From Bdellovibrionales bacterium (GTDB lineage: Bacteria; Bdellovibrionota; Bdellovibrionia; Bdellovibrionales; UBA1609): a stretch of DNA of 64,000 nt. Below are positions 53,383 through 64,000 of the stretch, in pieces. Within the stretch, counting starts at the first letter, position 1. Each line of letters opens with the position of its first letter. The stretch spans positions 32,001 to 96,000 of the forward strand of contig CBDHDF010000002.1 of assembly GCA_965261545.1 (NCBI GenBank), given 5' to 3'. The translations under genes were made by a program, and so were the position numbers. The notes below the pieces were generated by a model. The model was not told the origin of the DNA. It ran no database searches and saw only the letters and a list, made by a program, of their open reading frames with translations.

Positions 53383-53483
53383 TGTAGGATGATTTAAAAA
53401 CTCGGACATTTGAAAAAATTCGAAGAACGGATAGTGGATTCGTGCGTCCAAACTACCCCGGAGATTCATAGTAACTATTCAGG

Positions 53484-55720
53484 GGGAATAGGAAGGATAA
53501 AAGGTCTTTTTTAGAAATCCGCAAAGCATGTCAGTAGAAACTGCAGAGGCCAGCGAAGACTCCAATAGGATTTTTGGGCTTAATTGATGGTTTAGAGTGG
53601 TGTTGGGCAAAGTTTGAGGAGAATGGGGCCAGAAAAATATGTTGTTTTGTGGTGTTGAGACGTACCTCTCCATGAACATAGAGGGAGGAGATGATACAGC
53701 TCTATGCGTCATTCAGGACAGTCAGAAGTTAAGAAAATGAATCGAAGCTCTCACTTTGTGGTGGGCCTCTGGGTGGCCATAGGCTTGGAGGTTGTGAGGT
53801 GATGCCGAGATGAGTAAGAATTTTTTCAATGACCTGAGGGTCTTCAATGGAAGAAATGACTTTTACTTTTCCACCACACTCGTGGCAAGTTTCAATGTCT
53901 ATATCAAAAACTCGCTTGAGCCTTTGAGCCCAGGTCATTCCTGAAGATCTTTTCTTGTTTGGCCTTGACTCTGAATCTTCCAAATCTAAGGTTTCTTCCC
54001 TTGAGTCTTCACCGATGGAGGCTTCAATTTGGGGTTGAGGGACGATGGAGGATCGATATTTGAAATTGGGCGCGAAAACTCCGTGGAATCTTGTGAGATT
54101 CACTCGTGGTCGAGGGATAAGGGAAGCAAGACGGCTAAGGAAATCAAGGGGGTCCAGAACGATATGAGTGGTTCCATTGTCATAGGCAGTTTTGAGTTTA
54201 TAGACAACTTGGCCCCTGGTATTTAATGAGAGCCTTTCTTCACTGAGGCTGGGTCTTGAAATATACCGGCATACCCTCTCTCGCTTTTTTTTCTCATGGG
54301 CTCTACATGCGACTCCTCCATGGAGGCTAAAGCCAGAATATTTGGCGAGAAATTCACTGTTAAAATCTTTACCTCTTGCTGATACAGTGTGAAGAGTCAG
54401 TGCTTTTTTCCCTTTGTGAGGACCGAGAGCTATTCTATAGGTGACTGATGATCCGTGGACTTGGTCCATACTGTCAGAGGCTTCCATAGCCAGATACTCT
54501 TGCCCTGTTTCATCCCTTAGGATGAGTCCCTTTTTTTCTAGGTGCTTGACCACTCTATGAGCTATGCTCACCAAGATGTGATCCATTTCACTTTGGGTGG
54601 GTGGAGTTATGGGGTGAAAATGAGGTTTACCTTCGGGGAATGTGTACACTCCATCCAAATACATCATATGGAAATGAATATTGAGATTGATGCTTCCGCC
54701 AAAGCGTTGAATGAAGGTAACAGAACCCGCCTTGGCTCCTGATTTTTTGGTGAGACCAGCTTTTTTGATCAGGTAGGTGGAAATGGCTCGATGAACGATG
54801 GCTAAGACCTCTCCCATGACCTTTGGATTTTTGGCAAAGAGGAATCTTATTTGAAAAGGAAAGCTAAGGACCCATTGTCGTAGGGGTTTTTGGGGAAAAA
54901 CTTCATCAACTAAGTGAGCTGCACTTTCAGCCATTCTTCTTGCGCCGCAGCTTGGGCAGAAGCCTCGACGCTTGCAGCTAAAGGCCACAAGCCTTTCATG
55001 GTGGCAAGATTCACACTGGGTTCTCAAGAAACCATGGGCAAGAATTCCACACTTGAGAAACTCATCGAATTCTTTTTTAACGAACTGGGGAAGGCCATTT
55101 TCATGCTCATTTTCTATGTGCCGGTAGAAAGTGAGTAGATTTTCTTGCACCAATTTGTAAAGGAGAGTCTTTTCAGGGCGGTGTCGTTGGTATTTGGGAG
55201 CATTGTTAAAGATATGGGGATCAACAAGGGCCATGGCCTTTGTTGGAAGGCAAATTCAAGGCCAACTGTACCCAGTAAGTCACCAATTGAGCCACAAGGT
55301 GGGAGAGTTCATCACTGGGTGGTGTCATCACGGCATTGAAAGAGGAGCCCCATTAATCAAGGTACTTGAACACTTATCTTTAAAAAACTCTGAATCTTGC
55401 CTTGAATCCTTACTTTTTTGGTTTTTTTTGGTATCGGGAGTGGCTATGGGCGAGTCCACAACCTCCCCCAATGAATACTGCCCTGCGTAATAATGAATCT
55501 TCACCTTATCCATCCCAATTTCTATCTTATGCACCAACCTCTTGATAATCTTAGCTTGAACTTCAGGGTCGCCTCCCTCCCCAAGAACTTTGTTCGCAAG
55601 CTCCAAAAAGGACTGGTAACTTTGAAAATCCACCGGCAACTCTTGAAGACCCACATATCCATTTTTCAGTTCATCAAGCCTTTCCTGAGCCACCTTTTTC
55701 GCAGCTTCAAGTTTGGACAT
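53484..55720 (-). mobile_element. IS91/ISCR-like element, copy 2, with a shorter captured flank
   Basis: Colinear with 24134-26369; identity stops abruptly at GTTTGGACAT (55720). Confidence 0.85.
53729..55234 (-). CDS. IS91-family transposase
   Basis: Same as 24378-25883 except for a few C-terminal substitutions. Confidence 0.95.
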   Translation of the reverse strand: MALVDPHIFNNAPKYQRHRPEKTLLYKLVQENLLTFYRHIENEHENGLPQFVKKEFDEFLKCGILAHGFLRTQCESCHHERLVAFSCKRRGFCPSCGARRMAESAAHLVDEVFPQKPLRQWVLSFPFQIRFLFAKNPKVMGEVLAIVHRAISTYLIKKAGLTKKSGAKAGSVTFIQRFGGSINLNIHFHMMYLDGVYTFPEGKPHFHPITPPTQSEMDHILVSIAHRVVKHLEKKGLILRDETGQEYLAMEASDSMDQVHGSSVTYRIALGPHKGKKALTLHTVSARGKDFNSEFLAKYSGFSLHGGVACRAHEKKKRERVCRYISRPSLSEERLSLNTRGQVVYKLKTAYDNGTTHIVLDPLDFLSRLASLIPRPRVNLTRFHGVFAPNFKYRSSIVPQPQIEASIGEDSREETLDLEDSESRPNKKRSSGMTWAQRLKRVFDIDIETCHECGGKVKVISSIEDPQVIEKILTHLGITSQPPSLWPPRGPPQSESFDSFS

Positions 55721-55865
55721 GCGAAAGAAAAAAGTAGCGTAGCCTGATAGAGTCCCAACTCTTCATCCCTAGACTTGGCTTAGATAGTGTAACCGCTTTT
55801 CAAGCCTATGCCAGTTTATCTCCCATTCAAGATGTCTCCGGTATGGACCATTGCGGTGAGTTATT

Positions 55866-55881
55866 TGGTCGGAGCGACGGG
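55866..55881 (-). other. tRNA-Pro-like 3'-end fragment (possible att core)
   Basis: Minus strand CCCGTCGCTCCGACCA; followed by three CGGCCATCA repeats at 55924-55952. Confidence 0.55.
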
Positions 55882-56289
55882 GTGGGGGTTAAATGGCTAA
55901 AATCATTAAGTCTGACAAGGCGTCGGCCATCAGCGGCCATCAGCGGCCATCAACTCTTGCACAAGTTCTACACCAATTAATATCCTCCACAGATCAAAAA
56001 TAGAAGGGCTGCCTAAAAGTATCCAATACAGGTCTTCAAAAAAGCTATGACTGCGTTTCACCAATGCATCTCCAAGGGTGGACCTAGGGATTCCAAAAAT
56101 TTTTTCAATATCCCGAAATGTTTATAAGCTTAAAGCAAAGAAGCCAATGAGGGAGCAGGTCAGTTGCCAAGTGGAAAAACTAATGACACCCTTGTCTATT
56201 TGCCACTTCTTTTTAACATCTTGTTATTATTGAGGAATCCTCCGGACGCCAGTGAAGTATCCACTACAGCTATTCAAAATCATGTGACC

Positions 56290-57174
56290 TTAGTACATCT
56301 CTCTCCACGTTTTCTTGGAGAGTTCTGTTTGAACGCCCCTCGCTGCTGGATCAACGAGACTCAGATATCCAGATTTGTCTTCAAAGTTCTCCGGAAAAAC
56401 TCCCAAACACAATTTTTCTGTATGCTTCGATCTGTATAGTATTGCTTGAATTCCGGCGTTGTAGACAATGTGTCCAAATATTTGGGATGACGATGGGATT
56501 GTGAATAAGGAGGGTTGAGCAGCCCAGTTGTGGTCACGCATTATATTTTTTAGTTGAGCCGGAGTGCGGACATTTTGTGGCTCGTTTAACCTCAGCTTCT
56601 TTGCTTTCTTTTTTAATTCATCAGGGACTGGGATTTTTTTAATTACATTAATGAAGGGGCTAAGTGCTTTCTTATCAGTGACATCCAGAACGAGATCAAG
56701 TTTTCCGCTTAATTGAGTAGCTGAATACGACACAAGAGAGCCTGTGAATTCCTCCCTTTTAATTTTCCTTTTATCTGGAGCATTAGAAGAAAATTTCTCT
56801 GCCATAGCTGTGTCATGGTTGGAAGCAATATAAAGGCAAGAAAATGGAGGGTACTTCATTGGGTCAATCTGTCCGAAGTTGAATCTCCCTCCAATGCTAT
56901 GCAATCTACTCCCTGCCGCAGAGAGTGGATTGTTGTTGTATTTCTGAGTTAATACCCTGAACCATTTATCGAACTTATAGCTAATGGCACCTTTAATGAG
57001 TGCCTTCTGGACCTTGTTCGCTAACTTTGATCTCTCGTTTGCATAGTAAGAGTACTCTTCCCAGTAGAAGTCAAATAGGCTTTCATGTTTCTCTCTCCAC
57101 TTTTCAATGTCGTGAGCAGAAAAACTATCCAGAAGGATAAGGGGTTGTTCAGTATGGGAATCAGATATTGACAT
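56290..57174 (-). CDS. RES-domain toxin (putative NAD+-consuming)
   Basis: WFR, GGRFN, CLYIA...TAMAE, AILYRS (R-E-S pattern). Confidence 0.85.
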   Translation of the reverse strand: MSISDSHTEQPLILLDSFSAHDIEKWREKHESLFDFYWEEYSYYANERSKLANKVQKALIKGAISYKFDKWFRVLTQKYNNNPLSAAGSRLHSIGGRFNFGQIDPMKYPPFSCLYIASNHDTAMAEKFSSNAPDKRKIKREEFTGSLVSYSATQLSGKLDLVLDVTDKKALSPFINVIKKIPVPDELKKKAKKLRLNEPQNVRTPAQLKNIMRDHNWAAQPSLFTIPSSSQIFGHIVYNAGIQAILYRSKHTEKLCLGVFPENFEDKSGYLSLVDPAARGVQTELSKKTWREMY

Positions 57175-57183
57175 AGCTTAGAA

Positions 57184-57576
57184 TTACGGCAAATTCCCTT
57201 CCATGGCATCAAAAATAAAGCTCTTTAGTTTTTTATACCTTCCGAAGCGAATCATGTCTCGTGGAGTTAAGTTTCCAAGCATAGGGTTTTCCATTTTGAA
57301 CCATAGCGTGGTCTTATCTGTGTCTCCATTAAAGTTACTGGCAACGATTTCACAAGTATTAGCGATTTCCTCCAGCTTTGTCTTTAATAATTGAGGTACT
57401 CTAGCGCCGCTGTACCGGACTGAGTTCTCTGAAACATTCGCGATCTTTGCGACGTCATTGTTTGAAAACTCAAAAAAGTTGGCTACTTTTTTCAAGTCTG
57501 TTGTCCCCTGTCTATAAAAGGGCATATACTTACTGGTTGGAACAGTAGCAAATAAATCCTTCTGAGAAGCTTTCAT
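57184..57576 (-). CDS. Xre/MbcA/ParS-type antitoxin
   Basis: HTH-like N-terminus and LWFKMENPMLGNLTPRDMI C-terminal motif; AGGAGG RBS; directly upstream of the RES gene. Confidence 0.85.
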   Translation of the reverse strand: MKASQKDLFATVPTSKYMPFYRQGTTDLKKVANFFEFSNNDVAKIANVSENSVRYSGARVPQLLKTKLEEIANTCEIVASNFNGDTDKTTLWFKMENPMLGNLTPRDMIRFGRYKKLKSFIFDAMEGNLP

Positions 57577-58898
57577 TAAACCTCCTATTAACCATTTATC
57601 GGCTAATTTATAGCCAAACTTAAGCCAAAAACTAGCTCATATCAACTTCTTTTTAAATATAATAATAACAAATACTTAGGTTACATACCATTCTCTTGTT
57701 CTTCTTAAGGACTTTAGTCAGGACACTTTCTAATGAGTTTAATGGGAGAATCCACAGGTGTTTCTTTTATTGATGCAAGAACTGGCGTCCCCGGTCCCAA
57801 GATAAGCGAACACCCCCAAGTTGTGGAAAGGGTGTACTCGATGGAGTGGAGGCGGCTTTCTAGACATTTTGGGCGTTCTGGGCCATAGATCTGGAAAACC
57901 TAAGGAGGGCTGAGTTTGACTTTACAAGGAACTGGCAAATTTCCTTATGGGCTCTCGCAGCAGTCTGTTTTGTAATGATCTGGCCTGCGCATTGGCTCAT
58001 AAAAGAGGTAACTTTGGATGGTGCGATATTTTTGAGCTAATCGCCGATGGACTCATAAATATCTTACCCTAGATTGAGTTGTTGTTAGCTGACAATTAAA
58101 ATGCCCCACCGTCGCCAATGAAAAGTGGCCACTTTTCAGAGGAGGACCTATGGTGATTTTTGGCATTGTCAACCGAGACGCATATAATCAATTGATATTA
58201 CTCATAAAAAGGCTCCGAGCTGATAAGAACTCCTTTTGGGTTCTTGTCGACCTGGAAAGGGGCTCCGTGTTGGAGAGTCCTTCCATGACAGCCTATTCAG
58301 GTTCCATATTTCTCATTTGTAGACTGTTTCTGGATTTCAATGAGGTTAAATATATAGTCAAGAAAAGCCTGTTTAGGCTGTGCCCATTTTCTAAAGTATT
58401 TAAATTCCACAAGATTCCAACATTTGCCTCAATTTTCATGGAATTTCTTTCTGAAGACAGGCTTCCCTTAAAGCCGTCGCCAATTAAAATGTCCCACTTT
58501 CAATATGGAGGTTGTCGCCAATGAAAAGTGACCAATCTTCAGGGAGTGTTCAAATACTAGACAATGAAGTTTCTTCTTCTGATATAGATACTAAGCTCAC
58601 AGAGTCCCTCCCTCTTGCAACTCAAAAGGTTAGCAATGAGGAGGATCTTATGATTAGTCAATACACTTTCGGCCGCATTCGTGACCTGAGTCACAGTGGT
58701 AAAAATAAGACAGAAATATCTCGTGAATTAGGGATCAATCGTAAGACGGTGCGCAAGTACTGTGAGTCCAACACCCCACCGAAGTACAAGGCGAGGTCCA
58801 AAAGAACTCGCCCAAATCCCCTTAATGGATATATGGATCGGGTGAAGTACTTTTTGAAGTTGAACCCAAGTAACACCGCCCGTGAAATATATGAGCTA

Positions 58899-60797
58899 CC
58901 TGAAATCCCTAAAAGTTGTAACTAGGTGTAGGACTTAAGTCCTGATTATTGTCTGAGAAGGCCTTCACTTTGATTAAGAGATTGTCATCTCTTCAAAAGC
59001 ATAGTTACAATATTAACGATGTCATACACTTTTGAGCAAAAAAATAAGGGAAAAACCTATGTCTATAAAGTTGAAAGCTTTTGGGACAAGGAAAAAAAGC
59101 AGGCCAGGCAAAAACGCATCTACCTTGGAAGAAAGGATGAGTTTACAGGTCAAATTAAGACCAAAAGAAAAAAGATTCCCATAGGCTCCTATAATGTGGG
59201 AGCCTTATTTTTCTTAGAGAAAATATGCGAACAACTAAATCTTCTAAAAACATTGTCTAAAATTTATCCAGATAATTACGAACATTATTTGCATTTAGCT
59301 TTTTTTAAAATAATCAAAAGAGAGCCCTTTTATCTTTACGATATGTGGTGTCAAGAAGCTTATGTTTCAAAGAAAAATTTTATGTCGTCACAAAAAATAA
59401 GCAATCTCTTATGTGATCTTGGGAGAGATCAAAAAAAGATAGAATCTTTCTTTAGCGAATGGATAAATCAAGTGAAGGGTTCTGGTACGGTAATGTTTGA
59501 CATCACATCCTTTTCTTCCTACTCTATGAATAATGAATTTTTAGAGAAAGGTTACAACAGAGATGGAGAGAATCTCGAACAAATAAACTTAGGTCTGATA
59601 AGTAGGAAATCTGAAGACAATAAAACTCATACGCCTATAGCGTACAGAATCTATCCTGGAAGTATACCGGATGTCAAAACTTTATCGAATATTATTGAGA
59701 TCATAACAAGTTATAAATTAGATTTAGATTGTTTAGTTATGGATAAGGGTTTTTCTAGTGTAGAAAATATTAAGGGACTGCATCGTAAGGAATTGAAGTA
59801 TTTGATACCCATGAGTTTTAGAACAAAACTCTCAAGAGAGCTTGCTGTGGCTTTAAATGAGAAAATAAAATCTCCATCATGCTCTTTTACTTTTAATGAG
59901 GAAATTTATTCGCATTGCAAAGAATCAATAAAAATCGGAGGATTTGATTGTACGGCTCATATTTTCTTAGACAAAGAAAGAAGGGTTTATGAGGAATCTG
60001 TGTTAATGAAAGAGTTGCTTGATTTTATGAAACTCTTTCTTGAGAAAGATTTGAAATCAGAAGAACAAGCTAGTTCCTATATGAAAGAAACTTTAGGAAA
60101 TAAAAAAAGGTTTCTCAATATCTCTGATTGCACTCCATTTAAGATTTCTTTAAATGAAGAAAATATTAATGAAGAATCTTCTACGCTGGGTATTATGATA
60201 TTAATTACAAATAGTCATGATTTAAAGAAAACAAATATATTGAGTTTATATCGAAACAAAGATATCATTGAGAAAGTATTTTTCTCATTCAAGCATGATA
60301 TTAATGGAAGGAGAAGTCGAGTTCATTCTCTCATGAATATGAGGGGAAGCATCTTTATTAATTTTCTCTCTTTAATTTTAATTTCACATATTGATACTGT
60401 TATGAAAGATAAGAAGTTATATAAAAAAATGTCTAAAATAGAAATTTACAAAATGATGGACCGATTAAAATTTTATGAATTAGCTACAGGTGATCTGATG
60501 CTTGGAGAGCTGTCTAAAAAACAAAAGGATATTTTTTCAGCCTTCCAAATAGATGGGCTTCCCAAGACAAAATGATGTTTTTTATCTGTTTCAAATGTGA
60601 CGGTGGCTGTGGCTACCACTATGCCTCATCTATCCAATGGGGACGAAGAGGACCTTTCGCAGCAAATTCTTATGAATCATATTAAATATATTAATACTAT
60701 TAAACCTCTCAAACCGTTGACAGCAGCCAATTCCATAGGAAGAGAGGAAAGTTAACGCAATACATTAAACCTAGTTACAACTTTTAGGGATTTCAGG
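58899..60797 (+). mobile_element. IS1634-family element
   Basis: ~28-bp perfect TIR CCTGAAATCCCTAAAAGTTGTAACTAGG; 6-bp TSD GAGCTA at 58893-58898 and 60798-60803. Confidence 0.93.
59019..60575 (+). CDS. IS1634-family transposase
   Basis: FDITSFSSYS, GYNRDG...QINLGL, MDKGF, YRNKDIIEKVF. Confidence 0.88.
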   Translation: MSYTFEQKNKGKTYVYKVESFWDKEKKQARQKRIYLGRKDEFTGQIKTKRKKIPIGSYNVGALFFLEKICEQLNLLKTLSKIYPDNYEHYLHLAFFKIIKREPFYLYDMWCQEAYVSKKNFMSSQKISNLLCDLGRDQKKIESFFSEWINQVKGSGTVMFDITSFSSYSMNNEFLEKGYNRDGENLEQINLGLISRKSEDNKTHTPIAYRIYPGSIPDVKTLSNIIEIITSYKLDLDCLVMDKGFSSVENIKGLHRKELKYLIPMSFRTKLSRELAVALNEKIKSPSCSFTFNEEIYSHCKESIKIGGFDCTAHIFLDKERRVYEESVLMKELLDFMKLFLEKDLKSEEQASSYMKETLGNKKRFLNISDCTPFKISLNEENINEESSTLGIMILITNSHDLKKTNILSLYRNKDIIEKVFFSFKHDINGRRSRVHSLMNMRGSIFINFLSLILISHIDTVMKDKKLYKKMSKIEIYKMMDRLKFYELATGDLMLGELSKKQKDIFSAFQIDGLPKTK

Positions 60798-62686
60798 GAG
60801 CTATTAGTTGAGGAGGGTTATCGTGGGAGTGAGAGAACGGTTCAGAGAAGAGTTTGTGAGATTCTTGGTTCTCGCCCCAAGGAGCGTTTTTTCAGCCAAA
60901 GATATGATCCTGGAGAACAGGCTCAGTTTGATTTTAAGGAGAAGGTTGCTTTACCATTTGCCGATGGTGTTCAGATCGTTCATCTCCATTTTGGAACATT
61001 GCCTTGTAGTGGCACCTGTTGGGTTCGTGCCTACCCCTTTCTTGTCTATGAGTGTTTCATCGATGGGGTGCATGCTTTTTTTGAAAAGATAGGTGGGATG
61101 AGTGCGAACATCCGTATTGATAATTTATCTCCCTGTGTGAAGAAAGTTCTTAAAGGAAATCAGCGAATTTACACCCAATCTTTTGATCGAGCCATCCAAT
61201 ACTATGGATTTAAGGTTCTTCCCTGCCGCGCAGGGAAGGGCTCTGACAAGGGAGATGTGGAGCGTGATATTCGAACCTTCAGTTCTCGGATAAAAAATAT
61301 TGTTAGAAACAAAGGAATTGTTTTTAAAGACTGGGATCATTTGAATCAGTTTTTAGAGTCTTATATGGATCAGCATCAGAGTGACTCCACCAAATCTCGC
61401 TTTGAGGAGGAGGCCAAAGTTCTTAAGCCTTTGCCTCCACGAGATGAAGATATTCTCTGTAAGGTGAATATTTGTCAAAGTAATGGTTATGGGACTTTGA
61501 GAATAGGTAAAACCACATATTCCATACCTGATGAGGTGATCCAATCTCCCTGTAAAACCGTACAGGGTCCCTATCATGTCACGATCTATCGTGCAGGAGG
61601 GAAGCAAGAAATTGTCGCTCGCCATCAAAGAAAACCTGATGGGGAGCATAGTCTTCTTCTTGAACATATCCTTCCCTCTTTAGTTCGTAAGCCGCAAGCC
61701 ATGGTAAGATGGGCTCACCGATCCATTCTTTTTCCAACAAATGTGTTTGAAAATTTTTATCAATACCTCAAGCAACAAGATTCAAGCCGTGCCGAGCATG
61801 AATATTTAAGAGTTATCAACTTGATTCAGCATGTGAGTTGGCAGGACTTATCTACAGCCATGGAGCTTCAATTAGAAAGTCGTGAGATTTTCGACTTTAA
61901 ATCCATAAAAGATTTGCTCTTAGGCAATCCCACCAAAATTAATTTGAATGACCAACAAAAACCACTTCAACCTAGATTGTCTCAATATGACAGTCTTGTT
62001 CCAAACATAGGAGGTTCTTAATGAATCACGAAGAACTTATAGGTTCTCTTAAAAAACTCCGACTTCCAGCGATGGCGGATGAATATGTTGCAACGGCTAG
62101 AGTTGCCGAAAAAACAAAAAAGACGTATGAACAGTATTTAGTTCCTGTCCAGGGAAGAAAGTTAAGTAGTTTTAAGTATTTACATGCCTTCCCTTTAGAT
62201 TTTATGCTTTAAAATGGAGTCCATCAAACATAATCCGTGTAAATTCAGTTACTTACATAAAACGGAAAAATAAAATAAGTTCCCCCCCCTCTCTTGACGA
62301 ACCTTTCACAGCCCCTCCCTTTCAGTGACTTATGTGGCTATCAACTGGTTACTTGATATGAGAGGAAGAGTTGGATCAACCTGTGTTTCCACCGTGGTGA
62401 TTTCAAACCTCCTTCAGGGAAATAACATTACGTTGCGCATCAACTTCAAAAAATACTTGACGTGTTTTTTCAGAGAAATAATTTTTGATATTTTATTCTT
62501 CATTTATTTTTTATGTAGGTTTTAGGAGGCGTGGGAACCTCTCTATGAGGTAGAATTCTTATCCATGTTCTCCGAGAACCTCTCTGATTTTTTTCTTCTT
62601 AAAAGACATCCTTGCTCACTTTTTTCCCTCAAAAAAACGTATGTTAATATAAAAATTAAAGAGAAACTTTCACCAAAGGGGGGACT

Positions 62687-64000
62687 ATGCGCCATTTGAA
62701 GAAGACACAGTTGGGACTCTTTTCCCAATATCCTAACCACCAACTCAGTACAGAATTGCAGCAAATTAATAACATCATTGATCGCCATCCAGAGTTTGCC
62801 CATATGGTTCATGAAGACCTTGTTAAAGAAAAGAAAGATTCTGGTGATATTGGTATGACATCGGAGCAAGTTCTCAAGGTGGCTATTCTTAAATCCATAA
62901 GAGGTCTTTCCTATCGTGCGTTAGCCTTTAATCTTGTCGATTCAGTATCCACCAGAGCTTTTCTGGGCCTTGAATTGGAAGAAAATTACGCTCACTCCAC
63001 CTTACAGGACTTGATTGTTCAAATAAGTGAAGAAACTTGGGGAATTATTAGCGCCTCTTTAGTTTCAGATGCAAGAGATCAAAAGATTGAGCCGTGTAAG
63101 AAAATGAGATTGGACAGTACAGTGACGAAATCAAATATTCATCATCCAACGGATGCATCGCTTTTATATGACTGCATAAGAGTTACAGAAAGAGAATTTA
63201 AAAAAGTTCGTAAAAATGTCATGAAAGATTTTTGGCGACTTATTTCAAGAGAAGATCTTAAGAGAGCAAAAACCTTGCTTTACAAAATTAATAATTCCAA
63301 AAATGATGCGGAAAGACTACCTTGCTATAAGGAGCTTTTAAAAATCGCTACCAAATTGAACAAAGGATTACCTGATACCATCAGAAAGATAAAAAAAGAA
63401 CAAAAATGTGTGAAGATGAATGCTTTGAAAAAGAGTCTAAAACAGTTAGAAAATGTTGCCTTCTACCTGGAAAAAATCATCTTTCAAACTCAAAAAAGAG
63501 TTATTGAGGGGAAAAAAGTATCTTCTGAAAAAAAGGTCCTATCCATCTTTGAACCGCATACAGACATTATTGTAAAGGGGCAAAGAGAAGTCGAGTTTGG
63601 GCATAAAATCTTTTTGACCTCAGGGCAAAGCAACATGATTTTAGATTGTCAGATCCCTGATGGCAACCCCGCAGACTCTGATATGTTTTTAAAAGTTATG
63701 AATTCAGTGACACAAACCTATGGGGCTTGCCCTGTAAAAGTAAGTGCAGATGGTGGGTTTGCTTCAAAAGAAAATCTTGAAGAGGCCAAAGAGATGGGGG
63801 CTAAAGATGTTTGCTTCCCAGAAAAAAAAGGAATGAAAATATTAAAGATGGTTAAAAGTGCTTGGGTCTTTAAAAATCTTCTCAATTGGAGAGCCGGAAT
63901 AGAGGCTGTTATTTCATTCCTTAAGAGATGTTTTGGTATGAGAGTTGCTTACTGGAAAGGGCATGATGGTTTTAAGAGGTATGTAAAGAATGCCGTTTGT
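62687..64000 (+). CDS. ISNCY/IS5-like DDE transposase, open to the window end (not in the ORF track)
   Basis: ATG 62687 MRHLKKTQL...; RLDSTV, IHHPTDASLL, SIFEPHTDIIVKG, EFGHK, ADGGF, WRAGIEA. Confidence 0.85.
   Translation, partial: MRHLKKTQLGLFSQYPNHQLSTELQQINNIIDRHPEFAHMVHEDLVKEKKDSGDIGMTSEQVLKVAILKSIRGLSYRALAFNLVDSVSTRAFLGLELEENYAHSTLQDLIVQISEETWGIISASLVSDARDQKIEPCKKMRLDSTVTKSNIHHPTDASLLYDCIRVTEREFKKVRKNVMKDFWRLISREDLKRAKTLLYKINNSKNDAERLPCYKELLKIATKLNKGLPDTIRKIKKEQKCVKMNALKKSLKQLENVAFYLEKIIFQTQKRVIEGKKVSSEKKVLSIFEPHTDIIVKGQREVEFGHKIFLTSGQSNMILDCQIPDGNPADSDMFLKVMNSVTQTYGACPVKVSADGGFASKENLEEAKEMGAKDVCFPEKKGMKILKMVKSAWVFKNLLNWRAGIEAVISFLKRCFGMRVAYWKGHDGFKRYVKNAVC

Larger units (their letters stand above)
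50064..53475 (+). mobile_element. Head-to-tail IS110-family dimer (units of 1705 and 1702 bp)
   Basis: Core GTAAC at 50064, 51769 and 53471 delimits two near-identical units; no TIRs. Confidence 0.93.
58083..62141 (+). mobile_element. IS21-family element, copy 3: istA split by IS1634, istB truncated at ~62141
   Basis: Left end TGTTAGC at 58083; identity to copy 1 stops after GAACAGTATTTAG. Confidence 0.92.

Noticed and set aside
57783..57792. TGGCGTCCCC as a tRNA-Glu 3'-end att remnant
   Set aside because: Only 10 nt and no supporting T-arm

Overview
AT-rich bacterial accessory region made almost entirely of nested mobile DNA and anti-phage cargo, with no housekeeping operons. Left to right: (1) tail of a substrate-binding protein / YcaO-like / histidine kinase operon; (2) a 1327-aa ankyrin protein with 99-bp tandem repeats and a Zorya type II system (zorABE); (3) a large serine recombinase that reads into the 3' end of tmRNA (ssrA, 16920-17277, minus) and is split by an IS21. 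That IS21 copy carries a precisely inserted, ORF-less 647-nt group II intron whose EBS1/EBS2 match the site; the intron-free allele is the second IS21 copy at 41677-44922. (4) A tyrosine-integrase islet with SAM decarboxylase, DUF3326 and DUF6765 cargo, truncated by an IS91/ISCR-like element; (5) an RloC-like ATPase/HEPN gene, DUF2130, and an IS4 with a passenger gene nested in a MITE; (6) a Druantia-like operon whose helicase is split by IS21; (7) a RelE-type TA pair, a tRNA-Leu att fragment with integrase/excisionase, and a head-to-tail IS110 dimer with a candidate bridge RNA; (8) a second IS91 copy, a RES-Xre TA pair, and a third IS21 interrupted by IS1634 and truncated by an ISNCY-like element running off the window. 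All family calls come from motif recognition by eye; no searches were run. A Bdellovibrionota-like host is only a guess from gene style.
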